From assembly GCF_009914755.1 (NCBI RefSeq), contig NC_060942.1: a DNA stretch of 64,000 nt. One strand, given 5' to 3'. Shown here piece after piece: positions 13,787 to 28,717 of the stretch. Made by a program: the position numbers and the translations under genes. Under the pieces are notes generated by a model. The model worked only from the letters and a program-made list of their open reading frames with translations, searched no databases and was not told the DNA's origin. This DNA comes from the human T2T-CHM13v2.0 reference genome, Homo sapiens. Positions within the stretch are counted from its first letter, which is position 1. Each line of letters opens with the position of its first letter.

Positions 13787-14997
13787 CTATCAAAGCAGCA
13801 TATTTAGATACGTTATGATAAACTAAATCAAACTTGCCAATTCACTCACAAAAATCATAAATGCCTACCAGTTTTGAAAGCCTCCTATCTTCTTTCCCCT
13901 TAGAAGAGTATCATCCATAAAAAATAACAACCTATGGGTTCCCATGTACCTTCAAAAGTAATCTTTGAGAAGCCGTAGCCACTTTGTCATAACACTCAGA
14001 ACTGCTGTTCAATCAATACCCAAGAAGAGACTATTGCTGTTTCCCTCAGACGACCATTCATCACTTTCCACCAGCTGCCCTCAGCATTCCTCAATCTCTG
14101 TTCCAATCCCCTGCGCATGTCTAGGGCGCCACTGCATGTTTGCATTGGTTATAAACTTCCTGCAACATACTTGGTAACCTCCAAGAAGTGTTTCTAAGCA
14201 TACCTGAGGCCGCTGAATCTTATCCCTCAAATGGCATACGACAATTTTACAAAATTCACTAGAGATTTTGGAGGAAGATCAGCTAATATTTCAATCAGCT
14301 TAACATCATTCTAACAAGTGGGCACATTGCTTAGGAACTTGGTAACTGGTAATGGCACAATGTCATCCAGTGCTCTCTGTCTTGAAAATAAAGTCTGGCA
14401 ATGGGCACATCTTTGCCTGCTGAGTAACTCACTTCATTTTCTTTCCAAGGTTATTGAGTCGGGCAATTCCCAGACCGAATATTAGCAGCTATTGTTTGTT
14501 ACTATTGGACTGGCAAAATTCTGTGATTTATAAATAAAAGATAATTATTTAACTTTGTGTTATCACAACAAATTGTTTCTATTACTCATATGAAGTAATA
14601 AAGATTTTGTTTTAGCTAGGTATGGAGTCAGAATATTTTTTTCTCTTTGGGGGAAATGATGAAAACTGATGAGAAGAGAGGAGCTGGTATCTAATGCCAT
14701 TTTCCACTACTGATCCCTAAGACATATTAGGAAGCAGTACTCAATTTAGCGCATAATTTATGCAATATTCTATCTTATACGATTTTTAATTGCTTTTGTT
14801 GTGTGAACTAATCTTTTATGTCAGCATTTTTCCAATAAGGAGACACGCATCTTTCCCCTTCCACAGAACATGCACAAGAACATACATTTTCCCAGTGTGG
14901 TCAGACTTGTCACCCATAACACATAGCAAATTTTAAAGAAAGAAATTTACCAATTAACTCACAGTATTATGTAAATCACTGATAACACCTAAAACTT

Positions 14998-15178
14998 TGG
15001 TTCCCACATTTGCAGCACATTAGAATCACCTGAGGGTTTTTAAAAAATCACAAAACCCTACACCCCAGACCCATTAAGTCACAATCTTTGGGGGGAAGGC
15101 AGCTAAAGGACAAAGGCATCGGTGGCTTAAGAAGCTCCCCAGGTGATTCCAATGTGCAGACAAGTTTGAAACGGATGG
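14998..15178. mobile_element. MER5-like hAT DNA transposon relic
   Basis: cacattagaatcacctg...aagctccccaggtgattccaatgtgcag motifs. Confidence 0.7.
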
Positions 15179-15786
15179 CTAAAATTGTGCTTCTCGTTTA
15201 AAGGAATTTTTAGCAAGTTGAGTACATATTTTTTAAATATCCAAAAAATATAAGTTAAAGTAATTGTATTACAATGGCAGACTTTCAGGCAGTAGAAAAT
15301 AATTGGAGGTGGTATCTCTCAGGGATTGGAAAAGAGACTCCCAACACTTCTATAGGTAGAGAGTGGGCAGCCACATCCTCCAACCAAATAATAAACTCCA
15401 AAGAGGCAAGATCTGTAAAGAAATTAATAACCTCATTCTGTTCCACCTGCAACCTAACAAAGCCCTGAGCATTCAGTAGGTGCTTAATAAAGCCTTGATG
15501 GCTTGATACTGTAGCATAATATGTGTTTTATTATATTAATATTATACTGTAGCATATTATGTGTTTTAAGTCTTCTCCTGTTATTTGCATTTTTCCACCA
15601 TATATGTAGGCCAATGGTAAACTATGTTAGCAGACACAAGGAAATCCAACTTGCCAGGTAAATAAAACAGGAGTGCTCATTTTTACACAAAGGAAGAGTG
15701 ACCCATCACTGTGAATAGAAACATCCATCTATTTCTCCGATCAATAGACTGCAAGCTCTTGAGTTCCCACAAAGGCGTGTTCCTAC

Positions 15787-15950
15787 CTGTACAGAACATC
15801 TGCTAGTCTCTGGAACTCAGTGGCATGGTCCTCAGCTCTGTAGACCAGGTCGACTGCGTTCCTTTGGGACATGTGCATGACCAGGTCATCTATGTGGTGC
15901 CTGATTTTGGCAGACCATAAAAGTAGCTTATCCTGGTGATCCTCTAAGTG
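15787..15950 (-). CDS. LAMA1: LAMA1 exon ~39 (coiled coil)
   Basis: tag|CAC...AG|gtagg; 164 nt, phase 0-2; HLEDHQDKLLLWSAKIRHH...AEDHATEFQRLADVLY. Confidence 0.96.
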
Positions 15951-16076
15951 CTACATGGAGAAATTAATATTGTAAATATATGCACATCTACTTAATAACA
16001 GATATGTGTGCATATAGACAAGATGTGTGAAGATTCTTTAAAAACTGTATTGTGGCCGTGCTGAGATGTAATTTAC

Positions 16077-16193
16077 CTCTAGAGCATCTTGTACAGCATC
16101 TGTTTGTGCAGCAGCAGCATCTATCAATCCTCTTCCTTGGACAATGAGCTCTGAGGTCAGATTTTGTTCTTCTTGAACATGCAGCTTTTTATC
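16077..16193 (-). CDS. LAMA1: LAMA1 exon ~38 (coiled coil)
   Basis: cag|GAT...GAG|gtaaa; 117 nt, phase 0-0; DKKLHVQEEQNLTSELIVQGRGLIDAAAAQTDAVQDALE. Confidence 0.96.
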
Positions 16194-16261
16194 CTGCAGC
16201 AGAAATGGCATTTTAAGGGTGCTTCATAAAAGCAACCCTGCTTCTGACCTTTGGTGCCTAA

Positions 16262-16606
<345 letters not shown>

Positions 16607-16686
16607 CAGGGCTCACTTTTAATTGCTTACGTTGGAGTATTTTGTTACCTGTTCTAATTGAGAAGGAGAGAGCAAGTGAGACTCAC

Positions 16687-16897
16687 ACTGAATTCTCTCA
16701 GATTAGCATTGACCATGAGCAGCAGGTGGTTGCTTTCCTGCATCTTTGCCTCAGCTTCCCTCACGAGCGCCTCAGCCGCCTTTAGTTCATTGTTGTGCTT
16801 TGAAAGGACATGGCTTGCTGCTTCTTTCAATACCTCCAATTCTTCCAGCGGCTTCTGGTAATTTTCCTGAATTTGTGACAATAAATCTTCAGCAGCC
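16687..16897 (-). CDS. LAMA1: LAMA1 exon ~37 (coiled coil)
   Basis: cag|G GCT...AGT|gtgagt; 211 nt, phase 2-0; AAEDLLSQIQENYQKPLEE...NANLREFS. Confidence 0.96.
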
Positions 16898-17297
16898 CTG
16901 ATAAATATGAATGGTTCACATAGTAAGTAAATGAACAACAAAGCTCCTATCTCTGAAATAATAGTGGAAAAAATTTTTACGTATTTATGCCTAGTCTCTT
17001 TTTGAAATTGTAAGTGATACATCATAACTTCTTAAGAATGGAAACAATTTTTCTAAGATAGCTACAGGTATGGCAGGTTTATATTTTATCCTTAACAAAT
17101 TGTCTTTTTTTTTTTTAGTGGTGCATCTCACAGATACATTTATTCATGACAGGAAGTAAACGGTACTTATATAAGTGCACAGTGATGTTCCATGTTCCCA
17201 TATAGTTTGCTGAAATTTACAGGCACGGTGATCTTTCATCTCATGTGTATTTCAAGTTAAGCCGGTTAGGATGACCACAAGCAGGCACAAGTCTTGA

Positions 17298-17607
<310 letters not shown>

Positions 17608-18496
17608 CAAAGCTTTACTTCTTTTATCAGCAGCTCTGATGATTTTATAAATGATGAAGCTCATTAAATCCCACCTCCCCAAATTTCCTGGTAAACTTGG
17701 GTCCAGTGGGCTTTGTGGGAATCCGAACACTTAAACTTTCTAATACATTTTAGTAATGGAATTAAAAAAGATCATCTCCATGAATCTGGATTCAGGAAAT
17801 TGGGACAACATTCTGTGTTGATGGGAACTGCAATCTTTCATTATATATAATACAGCAAGAAATTGAAAGAAAGCTATTCAGTGATTTGTTAAGAATTTAC
17901 CAATTTATATATACGATAAAAGGATTTTCTGCAGCTAGTTAAGAAGAAACAGATTTCATAAAAGCTTTCAAATTCAAATTGACAAAAAGATATGATTTGT
18001 ACCATGGATAAATGCAAGCTTTAGAATACCAAAAGATTTTTTTCCTATGTCTTTATAAATATGCCATCAAATTGCTGATTTAAATCAATTTTGAATTTAT
18101 AGCTGCATAGAATAATAAAATTTCATGCTACAAATCCTTGCAGTGGTGGAGTATATCCTATTAACTCTTCATTTTAATTTGTCAGGACAATTTTGAAAAA
18201 TTCTATGGAAAATGCCCTGTAAAACACCCTCAGCTTTCACAGGTGTCAGGTCACTGGGTTAAGACACGACCAAAAACATTTTTCAAGGTTATAAATTTGA
18301 ACTCTGACATTATTAGAATAACATCGGCACTTATAATTTTTAATGATATAATTTTTAACGATAATAAAGACGTTGCATTATGAGCAGGCAACAAGAACTA
18401 AAACACATACATAAGAAAACACAAATAAACCCAATATATTTCTAATGTGTGATCATGAATCTATTATTCCTTATTATTAAATAAGATATCTCTCTA

Positions 18497-18722
<226 letters not shown>

Positions 18723-18842
18723 CTATCTAAACTACAATCAGGTGAAATGACATAGTCCTCAATGACTTGAACAAGATTAATCAACAAAAAAACCCCACTC
18801 AGCACTTCATTAGCTTCTTCTAGCAAAATTAACAGAGGAAAC

Positions 18843-19035
18843 TGGTGTTTCTCAAACTATGTTCCTCTACAACACCAATGTCCCATGAACTGCCAGGCAG
18901 ATTCCTTGAACAAATATTCCAGGGTGAAAGAAGTGAGCCGGATCCTCCACGGGGCTGCTGATGTGCGTCAGCGTACTAAAAGCTTTGAGAAGACCTGCAG
19001 TACAGAACTTGGCTCTCCTTAGTAGACACTGTGTC
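18843..19035. mobile_element. MER103-like hAT relic
   Basis: Terminal gtgtttctcaaact and internal aaagctttgagaagacctgcagta resemble the remembered MER103C consensus. Confidence 0.55.
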
Positions 19036-19053
19036 TTGGAATGTGCTTCTTTA

Positions 19054-19379
<326 letters not shown>

Positions 19380-19447
19380 TCTTTTAATAGGTCTGAGATA
19401 CCAGCATGGAAATCATTTGAAAAACAGCTACAAACAATAATCCGAAG

Positions 19448-19937
19448 TGTACAGTAAAGAGTCAACGTGGCGGGCTGGAGTCTGCTCTCCTCTGAAAGGC
19501 CTGCTGGCGAGGTGGGCTGCGTTCCCACTGATCCCTAACTGCTAAGAGTAGCTCACTACCTGGGCTGTTTGTGCAAGCAACATGGTTTATGCTGAACACC
19601 TGCTTTCCTTCTGGGAGTCGACTTTTGCTATGTGCTAGGCAGAGGGTGCCTACCAGTACAGCTCCAACAAAATCCCTGGATACTGCATCTCTGACAGGCT
19701 TCCCTGGGCAGAAACATCACACACATGTTGCTGCATTTTTCTTGCTGGGGGAGGAGTGCTCTCTGGGATCCCACATGGGGAGAGGACTTCAGGGATTTCT
19801 CCAGACTCTGCTGTGTCCTTTTCCATCTGGCTGGACTTCCTTAATAAATCTTAGCTGTAAGTACAGTTATATGCTGAATCCTGGGGGTCCTGGTGAAACT
19901 CTGAATGTGGTGTTAGTTCTGGAGACCCCCGACCCAG
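19448..19937 (+). mobile_element. MER68-like ERVL solo LTR
   Basis: tgtacagtaaagagtcaac start; atggtttatgctgaacacctgctttccttctgggagtc and tgctaggcagagggtgc; aataaatcttagc near the 3' end. Confidence 0.75.
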
Positions 19938-21907
19938 CATGAAAAGTAATCAGTCTGTGTGCTAAACTTCTCATCTATACAATTGCCATGCTTCAGCATG
20001 AACCACCAATGTTTTAAGAATTATAATTAAAAAGCAGATAATTCCTAAAATAATCCATGTATTTTGAAATGGCATATATATAGGGATTATCTATGGAAAA
20101 TCAGAAAGTGGAGGCCAGAGAATACATTTTAAACTCTTGATTTTTAAAATAAAAGGTCTCTTTAGTAGTATTTTAACTTACAAATTAAAGGGATCCTAGA
20201 GGCCCTCGCCAATAGGGGAGGGTCAGGAGGCACTGAGGGGAACAGGTGGGGGTGGGGGCTGGCCCTGCCTACCCACCTCCTTTCAGGTCTCTCCAACCAG
20301 GTCTTCCCAGGAACCACGCACTCTGGAGGCAGTGCCCCAGGGCTGGGCTCCGCTCCCTAACCTTCCTCAGCCCCCCACACATCTGAGTTGCTGGGGAGCT
20401 TGTTAAGGATGGAGAGTCCCAGGCCTGCCTTGCAGATCCTAGGAAGGTTAATATTTGTTCAAGGAATCTGCCCAGGAGTTCATGGGACACTAGTGTTATA
20501 GAGGCACATAGCTTGAGAAACACCAGTTTCCTCTGTCAATTTTGCTAGAAGAAGCTAATGAAGAGTGCTGGGTTTTTTGTTTTGTTTTGTTTTTGGTGGT
20601 TAATCTTGTTCAAGTCATTAAGGACTATATCATTTCATGTGATTGTGGTTTAGATAGTAACATCATCCTATAGATGAAAATTTGACCTCTATTTTAAACT
20701 TTCTTATTGTATTTAAAGTGCATATTCAGAAAATAAACTTTCCCTAAATTGACCAGGAGCTCCTAGTGGGCAAAAGGCTCTATTGTTCCCCTGTATGTTC
20801 CCAACTCCTGGCACAATGCTTGTAACCAGGGTTCAGGTCACTTTGCTGAATGAATGAATGAATGAACTGACCTCAGAAGGGTAACGGTGGGAGGGGAGAG
20901 CCCCACAAAATGATTCTCTAGGATCTGCAGGGTGGGCCTGGGAATCTCCATCCTTCACATGCTCCCCACCAACTCAGATGTGTGGGGGGCTGAGGAAGGT
21001 TAGGGAGCAGAGCCCCACCCAGGGGCATCGCCTCCAGGGTGGGCAGGTCCTGGGAAGCCCTGGTTGGAGCTGCCCGAGAAGAGCACAGCTGAAGCCTCAG
21101 TGTGCAGTCGGGGCTGCAGGACTAACGTTCGCACCTTGGCTTCTGTCATCACTACCCATTGCCTCTCAAATTCGATGCAAACTTCAGCTGAGCTTCTTTG
21201 GCTCCAGTGTTCCCTTGTTCAATGGCTCTCCACCTATGCTAGACTTAGATCTCGTTTCCCCGCCCCTGAAAGGCCCTCGATGTCTCCGACTGTCCAAATT
21301 CCACCTGCCCATCTTTTATGGAATGGGTCTCAAATGGTACTTCCTTTTGTTCTGGGTGGGAAAATAATAGGGTTTAGACTCAAACAGATTCAGGTTTGTG
21401 GTCAGGTTTCATATTGTCCCGGGGGCTTAACATAGGGCAAGTTACTTATATTCCCTGGGCCTCAGTTTCCTCAACTGGGTTCTCCCCTACTTGGAAAGAC
21501 TGAGATGATCACAGAACACAATGTGAGAAGAGAAGCCAGCACTCTCCTGGCACAGAGGAGGGGCTCCACAGACAGCTGCTCACGCCCATCTCCCAGGACC
21601 ACGTCCTCCTCTCATTCCCCCTGCGCAAGGCCTTTAGATCCTAGTTCTCTCAGAGCCCTTTCCAGGCCCTATTATTCTAGTAATTAGATTACTAGTCCTC
21701 TCTCCAAACTCCATCCAACTGTAAGCACCTCCTTTTGTTTTTCACCTAACAAATCAACAACGTCAAAAATTATGCTCTATGATGAAAAAAGACACATACC
21801 CAACCCTCTAGTGTGTTGCTGGTGGCAGTGAACATTGTTTTTAAAAAATATAAAAAAAAATTATTTGGAAGTGCATGTTAGGAATCCTCAAAACACAAAT
21901 TCTTTGA

Positions 21908-22230
<323 letters not shown>

Positions 22231-23101
22231 AATAATTCTACTTCTTAATATCTACCCTGATAATAATCTGAAATACAGAAAAAGAAGAGATATATACAGT
22301 ATAAATAAATATTTGATATTTCAATATAGAAAAAGATATAAAACATTTGAATAAGAAGTCCCTCACAACATAATTTAAAATAGCAAAATATTAAAGTTTA
22401 AATATCTCACATGACTATATCATTTCATTAGATTATAGTTTAGATAGTAACGTCCAGAGTAGAGTTTTAATAAAGTATCATGTAACTATTTATAACAGCA
22501 CTTCAGACATTCATCACAACCTGCAGAGAGACAGCCTGTGCTAGTATATCAAGTAATACCTGTGTGGAAATGCTAAGATAAAAGCTGGAAAGGAAACTCC
22601 AAACTCCTTGTGACTGTATGTAAGAATGCTTTGTGATCTCTGTGTCACTTCACATCGTGGGTTTCAATGTAACTATACTTTTTTATATAACTAAGCTCAA
22701 TTATTCTGGCATAACATTGACCTGTCTTAGAGTTCATGGTATGGGTGGCCACCAACGATTTTTTTCTATGAGAGTTTACTGCCTTATCCTTGATCTACAG
22801 TACCATGAGGCTCTGCTGTTTGTGCTAAGTGGAAACATCCCGGAATCACAGAAAAGGACAGAAGCTACCGCATGATAGCACAAAGATAGATTACACTGAC
22901 TGCACAGATTACACCTTTCTATATTTGGAGGGGTCAGTACCCATCTCTTCATTTACTTGACCACAGGGCCCCTTCTCCTCTCTTAGGATATTTCATTTCC
23001 AGTGAGCACTTTTCTTCCACGATGCCTCCTTCTCCTTTGGAGATAGCGTGCAAGTTTCTCTCTCTACTTGGTTGCATTGCACACAGTAATTAGAAACTTA
23101 C

Positions 23102-23261
23102 TTGAGTTCAAGGGTGGCATTTTGGTGCAACTGTGTGAAGTCTCTTATCTGCATGATTTCTAGCAAAGATGTACCATTCTGTTGCATGTTCTGAAGAGTA
23201 GAATTGGGTAGTAGGAAATCTTCATCCAAAGTCTGATTTAAAGTTGTCTTTTCCATAATTT
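23102..23261 (-). CDS. LAMA1: LAMA1 exon ~36 (coiled coil)
   Basis: tag|AA ATT...AA|gtaagt; 160 nt, phase 1-2; IMEKTTLNQTLDEDFLLPNSTLQ...NATLEL. Confidence 0.95.
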
Positions 23262-24181
23262 CTATGGAGAAAATTCATCAATTATTTAATAAGCCTCTCA
23301 AAAGTGGCTAGTACCAAGTGAAGAACTTAGAAACTTCTCTGCTGAGGACTGCTCTGTTTACCTAAGCTGAGTTGGACCTCCATGTCAGGCCAGGCCACCT
23401 GGCATATCCCAGTGTACTCTGCACATCCCCTAACTAAACATTCATGAACTTGGGATTACTGGTCTATTTCAAAGTCTTCTCATGCACCAATAAACTCCCT
23501 AAAGGCAAGGACATGGTGTCAACCTCAGCATTTCCTTGTACCTGGCAGAGACATCTGCACATGAAAAATAAATGTTCTCAATAAATATTTACTGCATAAA
23601 TAAACCACCAATGCTTGATCCTACTTTTTTTATTAAGTATACTTTGTTCTAATAATTTCCTTACCTTTTGCCCTATAAAGTCTGATTTTTATTGGATTCT
23701 GTACTTTTTAAGCCCTTACACTATAATACAAAAAGAAGAGCGATCATATGTTTCTGGTAGCCAGAAAACTGAAAATAGCATGCTAAAAGCCACAGCACAC
23801 CCAACTGAGAAGTGATTAAATTATTCTAATGTGATGGATATACTTGGTACCTAACTGAAGTCCCAAATCCTGTCAGCTCCTATTCTGGGCAAATGGATGG
23901 AGAGCTACCATACTAACTTTACCATAACAGGGCTTGAGAATTAGGATCTAAGTTTTAGGCATAATGCAGAAAATAAAAAAAGAAATATGCATTTTTTTAA
24001 AGCTAAAACTCTCAGTCAAAGACTAAAGTTTGCACATCTCAGGATCCCCAAACTATTCCAGCCCCTCTGGTTCCGGAAACCCGATGCAAGAGATATACAT
24101 CTATTCATATGTTTAATAAAGCAATGGTGACTTCTTACTAGATAAGCACAGATACTTCAAACTAGACACTGCCCACACTAC

Positions 24182-24293
24182 CTGTGATGCTCATCTGCAG
24201 CCTCTCAATGGCTATGGCCAGGTCTTGACTCTCCTTGAAGATTCTCTCAGTTGCCCTATTCACCTTTTGGGTACTCGCTAACATCCTAGTGAG
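24182..24293 (-). CDS. LAMA1: LAMA1 exon ~35 (coiled coil)
   Basis: cag|CTC...G|gtagt; 112 nt, phase 0-1; LTRMLASTQKVNRATERIFKESQDLAIAIERLQMSIT. Confidence 0.95.
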
Positions 24294-25213
24294 CTGGTGG
24301 AAAAATAAAGTCTCAGGTTAGTTTGACTTTAAGTAATTAGTTTGACTTTAAATAATACGCAAGTTGTAATATTCCACTGTTGCCGCTTATAAGCAACAAC
24401 ATATATTCCAGAATATAGAGTAAAGATGAGCATTATCATGCAAGCCGAGCTTAATATTTTGGGGTTAGAAATGGACTAAGTAGTTAATGAAATAATTTAC
24501 AACTCACTCAGCATAAGAAAAGATGGGTATGTTTTTAAAAGCAGGCTAATTGTGTATTAAACTACAGATTCTCCTAGTGGCTATACTGTGAGGGCCCTCG
24601 ATTCACTTTAAAACCCAAATATACAGAATATAGAAAGTAAACCTTACTGATTTGTATGGCCTATGAGATGTTAGTCTCTAGGAGTTAAGAACACGGAGTC
24701 AGGCAAGCTGATTTTAGACCTGATTCTCCAGGCTGTGGACAGGCCCAGACATCTCCAAGCATTGTCTGTAACACTTGGGAAACAGCAACGCTTACCTCCC
24801 AGGGCTGCTACGAGAACTACACAAGACGAGAGCCAGGAAGTCAGCAGCCCAGAGGCTGACACTTAGCTGTCCTCAGCTGTTATTTCTACTGGGATTTTTA
24901 CTCTTTGTTAAAGGAAAGGTTGTTTGTAATTTCCAAGAATGTAGAGTAACCCAGTCTGAGTTTGGTGTTTTCTAGTCAAGACCAAAGAGAATAACGGATA
25001 CAGAGAATTTATTTTAATCAGCCTATTTCCAACCAAATGTTTGCTTGATGAGGTACTTAAACCCAAACTTAAACCCTTCAACTCTTTCCAAAACATCGTT
25101 AATTCTAAATTAACAGGAGCCAAACTATACTTCCTAGGGTGATGTTTGTGTATGTGTGCATGTGTTGATGGAGATTAGACATCCATATGTATAGATACAC
25201 CATCACAGTACAG

Positions 25214-25240
<27 letters not shown>
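25214..25240. repeat. (CA)n microsatellite
   Basis: About 13 CA units. Confidence 0.95.
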
Positions 25241-25244
<4 letters not shown>

Positions 25245-25897
25245 AAATTCATAAATGAAAAAACAGTAAATTTGACAATAATCCTTCCTCACCATCTGCA
25301 GAAGGGGAGATTCTTTTTTAGGTCACTAAATGCCATTCCTCTGGCACAGGCTAAACAGAATAAATAATTCCCTGATGACAGAAAAACAAGCTCACTTGCC
25401 ATTCAGGGCCCTAAAATCAGAACCACCCCAGCCTGAAGCCTGAAGTTTGCACAGATGCCTCATCATGAGGTCTGTGCCCTCCCTGCTCCACCCAGCAAGC
25501 TGCAGAGAGCATTACTGATGTTCAGTCCGTGCTTTTGGGCTCACCGTGTACTTCGTTACTGAATGAATTTAGGAGAAGGAAGAAACCTCAGCAATCTTTT
25601 CATCCCCGCCCCACCTTTGTTTCAGAGGAGAAAATGAAAGTCAGAGCCAAGAGACTGCCCAACTCTGTCCTCAGCAGAGATGACAACAGACATTAAGTCG
25701 GGAGCCTTTTCCCACTAAACCACAGAAACTGGCAGGGTCAAAACCAATTTGATGATTAAGTACCTGGAGCACAGCTCGTGGGAGGAAGAGGCTGGCATGA
25801 TCTAATCAGAACCTTCCAGACAGCCCCAAGGCAACTGCTCAGGAGGGCTGATGGGAGGGACCAGGAGGAAGGTTGGTTGGTTATGGAAAGAATTTAC

Positions 25898-25987
25898 CTT
25901 CTTTTGCAGGTTGTCCGTTTCTTCTGCAACACCTTCAAGCTTAATTTTTCCCAGGTCCTTTTGCATATTTTCTTTTAATAAAGATTC
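25898..25987 (-). CDS. LAMA1: LAMA1 exon ~34 (coiled coil)
   Basis: tag|GAA...AAG|gtaaa; 90 nt, phase 0-0; ESLLKENMQKDLGKIKLEGVAEETDNLQKK. Confidence 0.95.
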
Positions 25988-27003
25988 CTAGGAAGAATGG
26001 AGGAAACAAATTACAATGCTTCGAAGTAAAATGTTCTGATTCTTAACTAAGAAGCACTTGCATTTCTTTTTTGTTCACAGAAAGAAATTCTTCTTTCCTT
26101 GGAACTGTCATTTTAAAAAAAAATGGATCACATTTACTTAGGTTTCGATTATAGCGACATGATTCTACACTGCCATCCTTTGCATTATATTTCTGATATA
26201 GATATAAATTTAAAATCTGTTGTGTTCAGCAGAATCTGATACTGCTGCAATTCTCAGATAAAAGTCTGGCTTTATCTCAACAGCAGAGTCACACAAATTT
26301 AACTATAATTGCAACACCTAAGAAAAAAATGCCTTTTAGGCTAAACTACAAAAGAATTCAATAAAGAAAGACTTTATAAATACTAAAAATAAAGAAAAAT
26401 AAAGTGCTTAATTTATGCCAACAGCCTTCTAATTTCTTGTATAATTTTATTTCAACCTTAAAACTTGATGAATACTTTACATAAACACAAAAAGTTATTT
26501 AAAGAAAACGGACAAGTGGTTTATTTAGAGCAAATCATTCAAAATGAGTTAAAATTTAAATCAAATATTTGTCTTATTTGATATATATAAAATAGTTATA
26601 TCCCTGGGACCAAGACTGGCAGATATTATACTGATCGTGTATATAGTGATTGGAAAAAAAAGTTAAATATTCTTTTTTTTATAGAGGTAAAAGCTCTCAT
26701 TTTTCAAAAACACTTTGTGACGTTTGAGGAAAGTATAACATAAAAACATCTCTTAGAGGTCCCTAACCTTTCTTAACTACCATTATAGAGAAAAGACCAC
26801 TGCAAATCAAGACGGTTTCAAGAACCAGCCCCATCCCAGCGCACACATAAACACACGCACACACCTAAGGAAGTGCTAAGTTTGAGGAAAACTCTTATCT
26901 AAGAAAAGGCATTTAGGAATGGCCATCCCTTTTATTGCTACCTGGCGCACTGCATAGATTATGTCAAATTCTAACGCATATATAAAGCAAAATTTAAGAA
27001 TCA

Positions 27004-27366
<363 letters not shown>

Positions 27367-27533
27367 CTATAGTAGGATGCTGTCTACTAAGTTAATTTCT
27401 TAACTCCTCACCCTTTTTTGACCCAGGCTCTGTTGATGAAAACATAAAACTATGATTTACTGCCAGACATTTAATGTAGCCTTCCAGGGAGGAGAGATTT
27501 TGTGCCCTGCAACTTTAGTGCAGTGAAGAATAA

Positions 27534-27925
<392 letters not shown>

Positions 27926-28282
27926 TAATAGGGCAGCTGTTTGCAAATACCCAAAGTTGTCTTACAGAAGAGCAAGTGGACTTGGCCTTATCCCAAAAGG
28001 CAGAATGAGGGCCACAGAGGGCAGCATTGATGAGGAGTCCTCCAGAGAGCACTGAAATGATGAGAGCTGTCCCACCGTGAAACAAGCTAGCGTGTGAGAT
28101 AAGTAAGTAAGTGCCTGTCACTGGTCACAGTCAAGGAAAGACTGGACACCTGCCCGCAGGGGCTGATGGAAGTTGGGCTCTCACAATGTGGGGAGGACAC
28201 ATGGAATGACTCCCACCATTCCCAATGACTATATCCCTTAATGATACAAGTGTCTGTTCATCTCTGTATTTCCAGTACCTAC

Positions 28283-28425
28283 CTGGAGATATTTAGTTGT
28301 ATTTTCCAGGTTTGACAAAATTCCATATGGGACAGGGATAATGCCAGTGAGGTTCAGAGAAAGAACGGCATCACCAATCTCATCCAAGTCATTCAGCAGC
28401 ACACCTACACACTCATCATCACAGG
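28283..28425 (-). CDS. LAMA1: LAMA1 exon ~33 (start of coiled coil)
   Basis: tag|CC TGT...CAG|gtagg; 143 nt, phase 1-0; CDDECVGVLLNDLDEIGDAVLSLNLTG...TTKYLQ. Confidence 0.96.
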
Positions 28426-28717
28426 CTACAAGACAAATTTTTAAAAAGGAGAGTTAAAGTTAATGCGATGTGGTCTGCCCATTTTTTCATGGAGTTGCGC
28501 AAGTTGTTTTGTGAAAATGACACATGCGGTCAGAGTACACTCCAAGACCCCGTGCACCACATCTGATCTCATTCTCACTCCAACTGTGCCATGGGTGGCA
28601 CGGCAGGAAGTGCTAGGCCCCTATTCAATGATGACGCCAAGACTCAGATCAGATAAGTAACTTCCCAGAGGTCACACAGAAAGAAACAGCTGAGGCCAAG
28701 AGTGGCGCCCAGTAAGC

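Noticed and set aside
20269-21367. Two ORFs on opposite strands sharing MCGGLRKVRE
   Set aside because: A by-product of the inverted duplication, not a gene family
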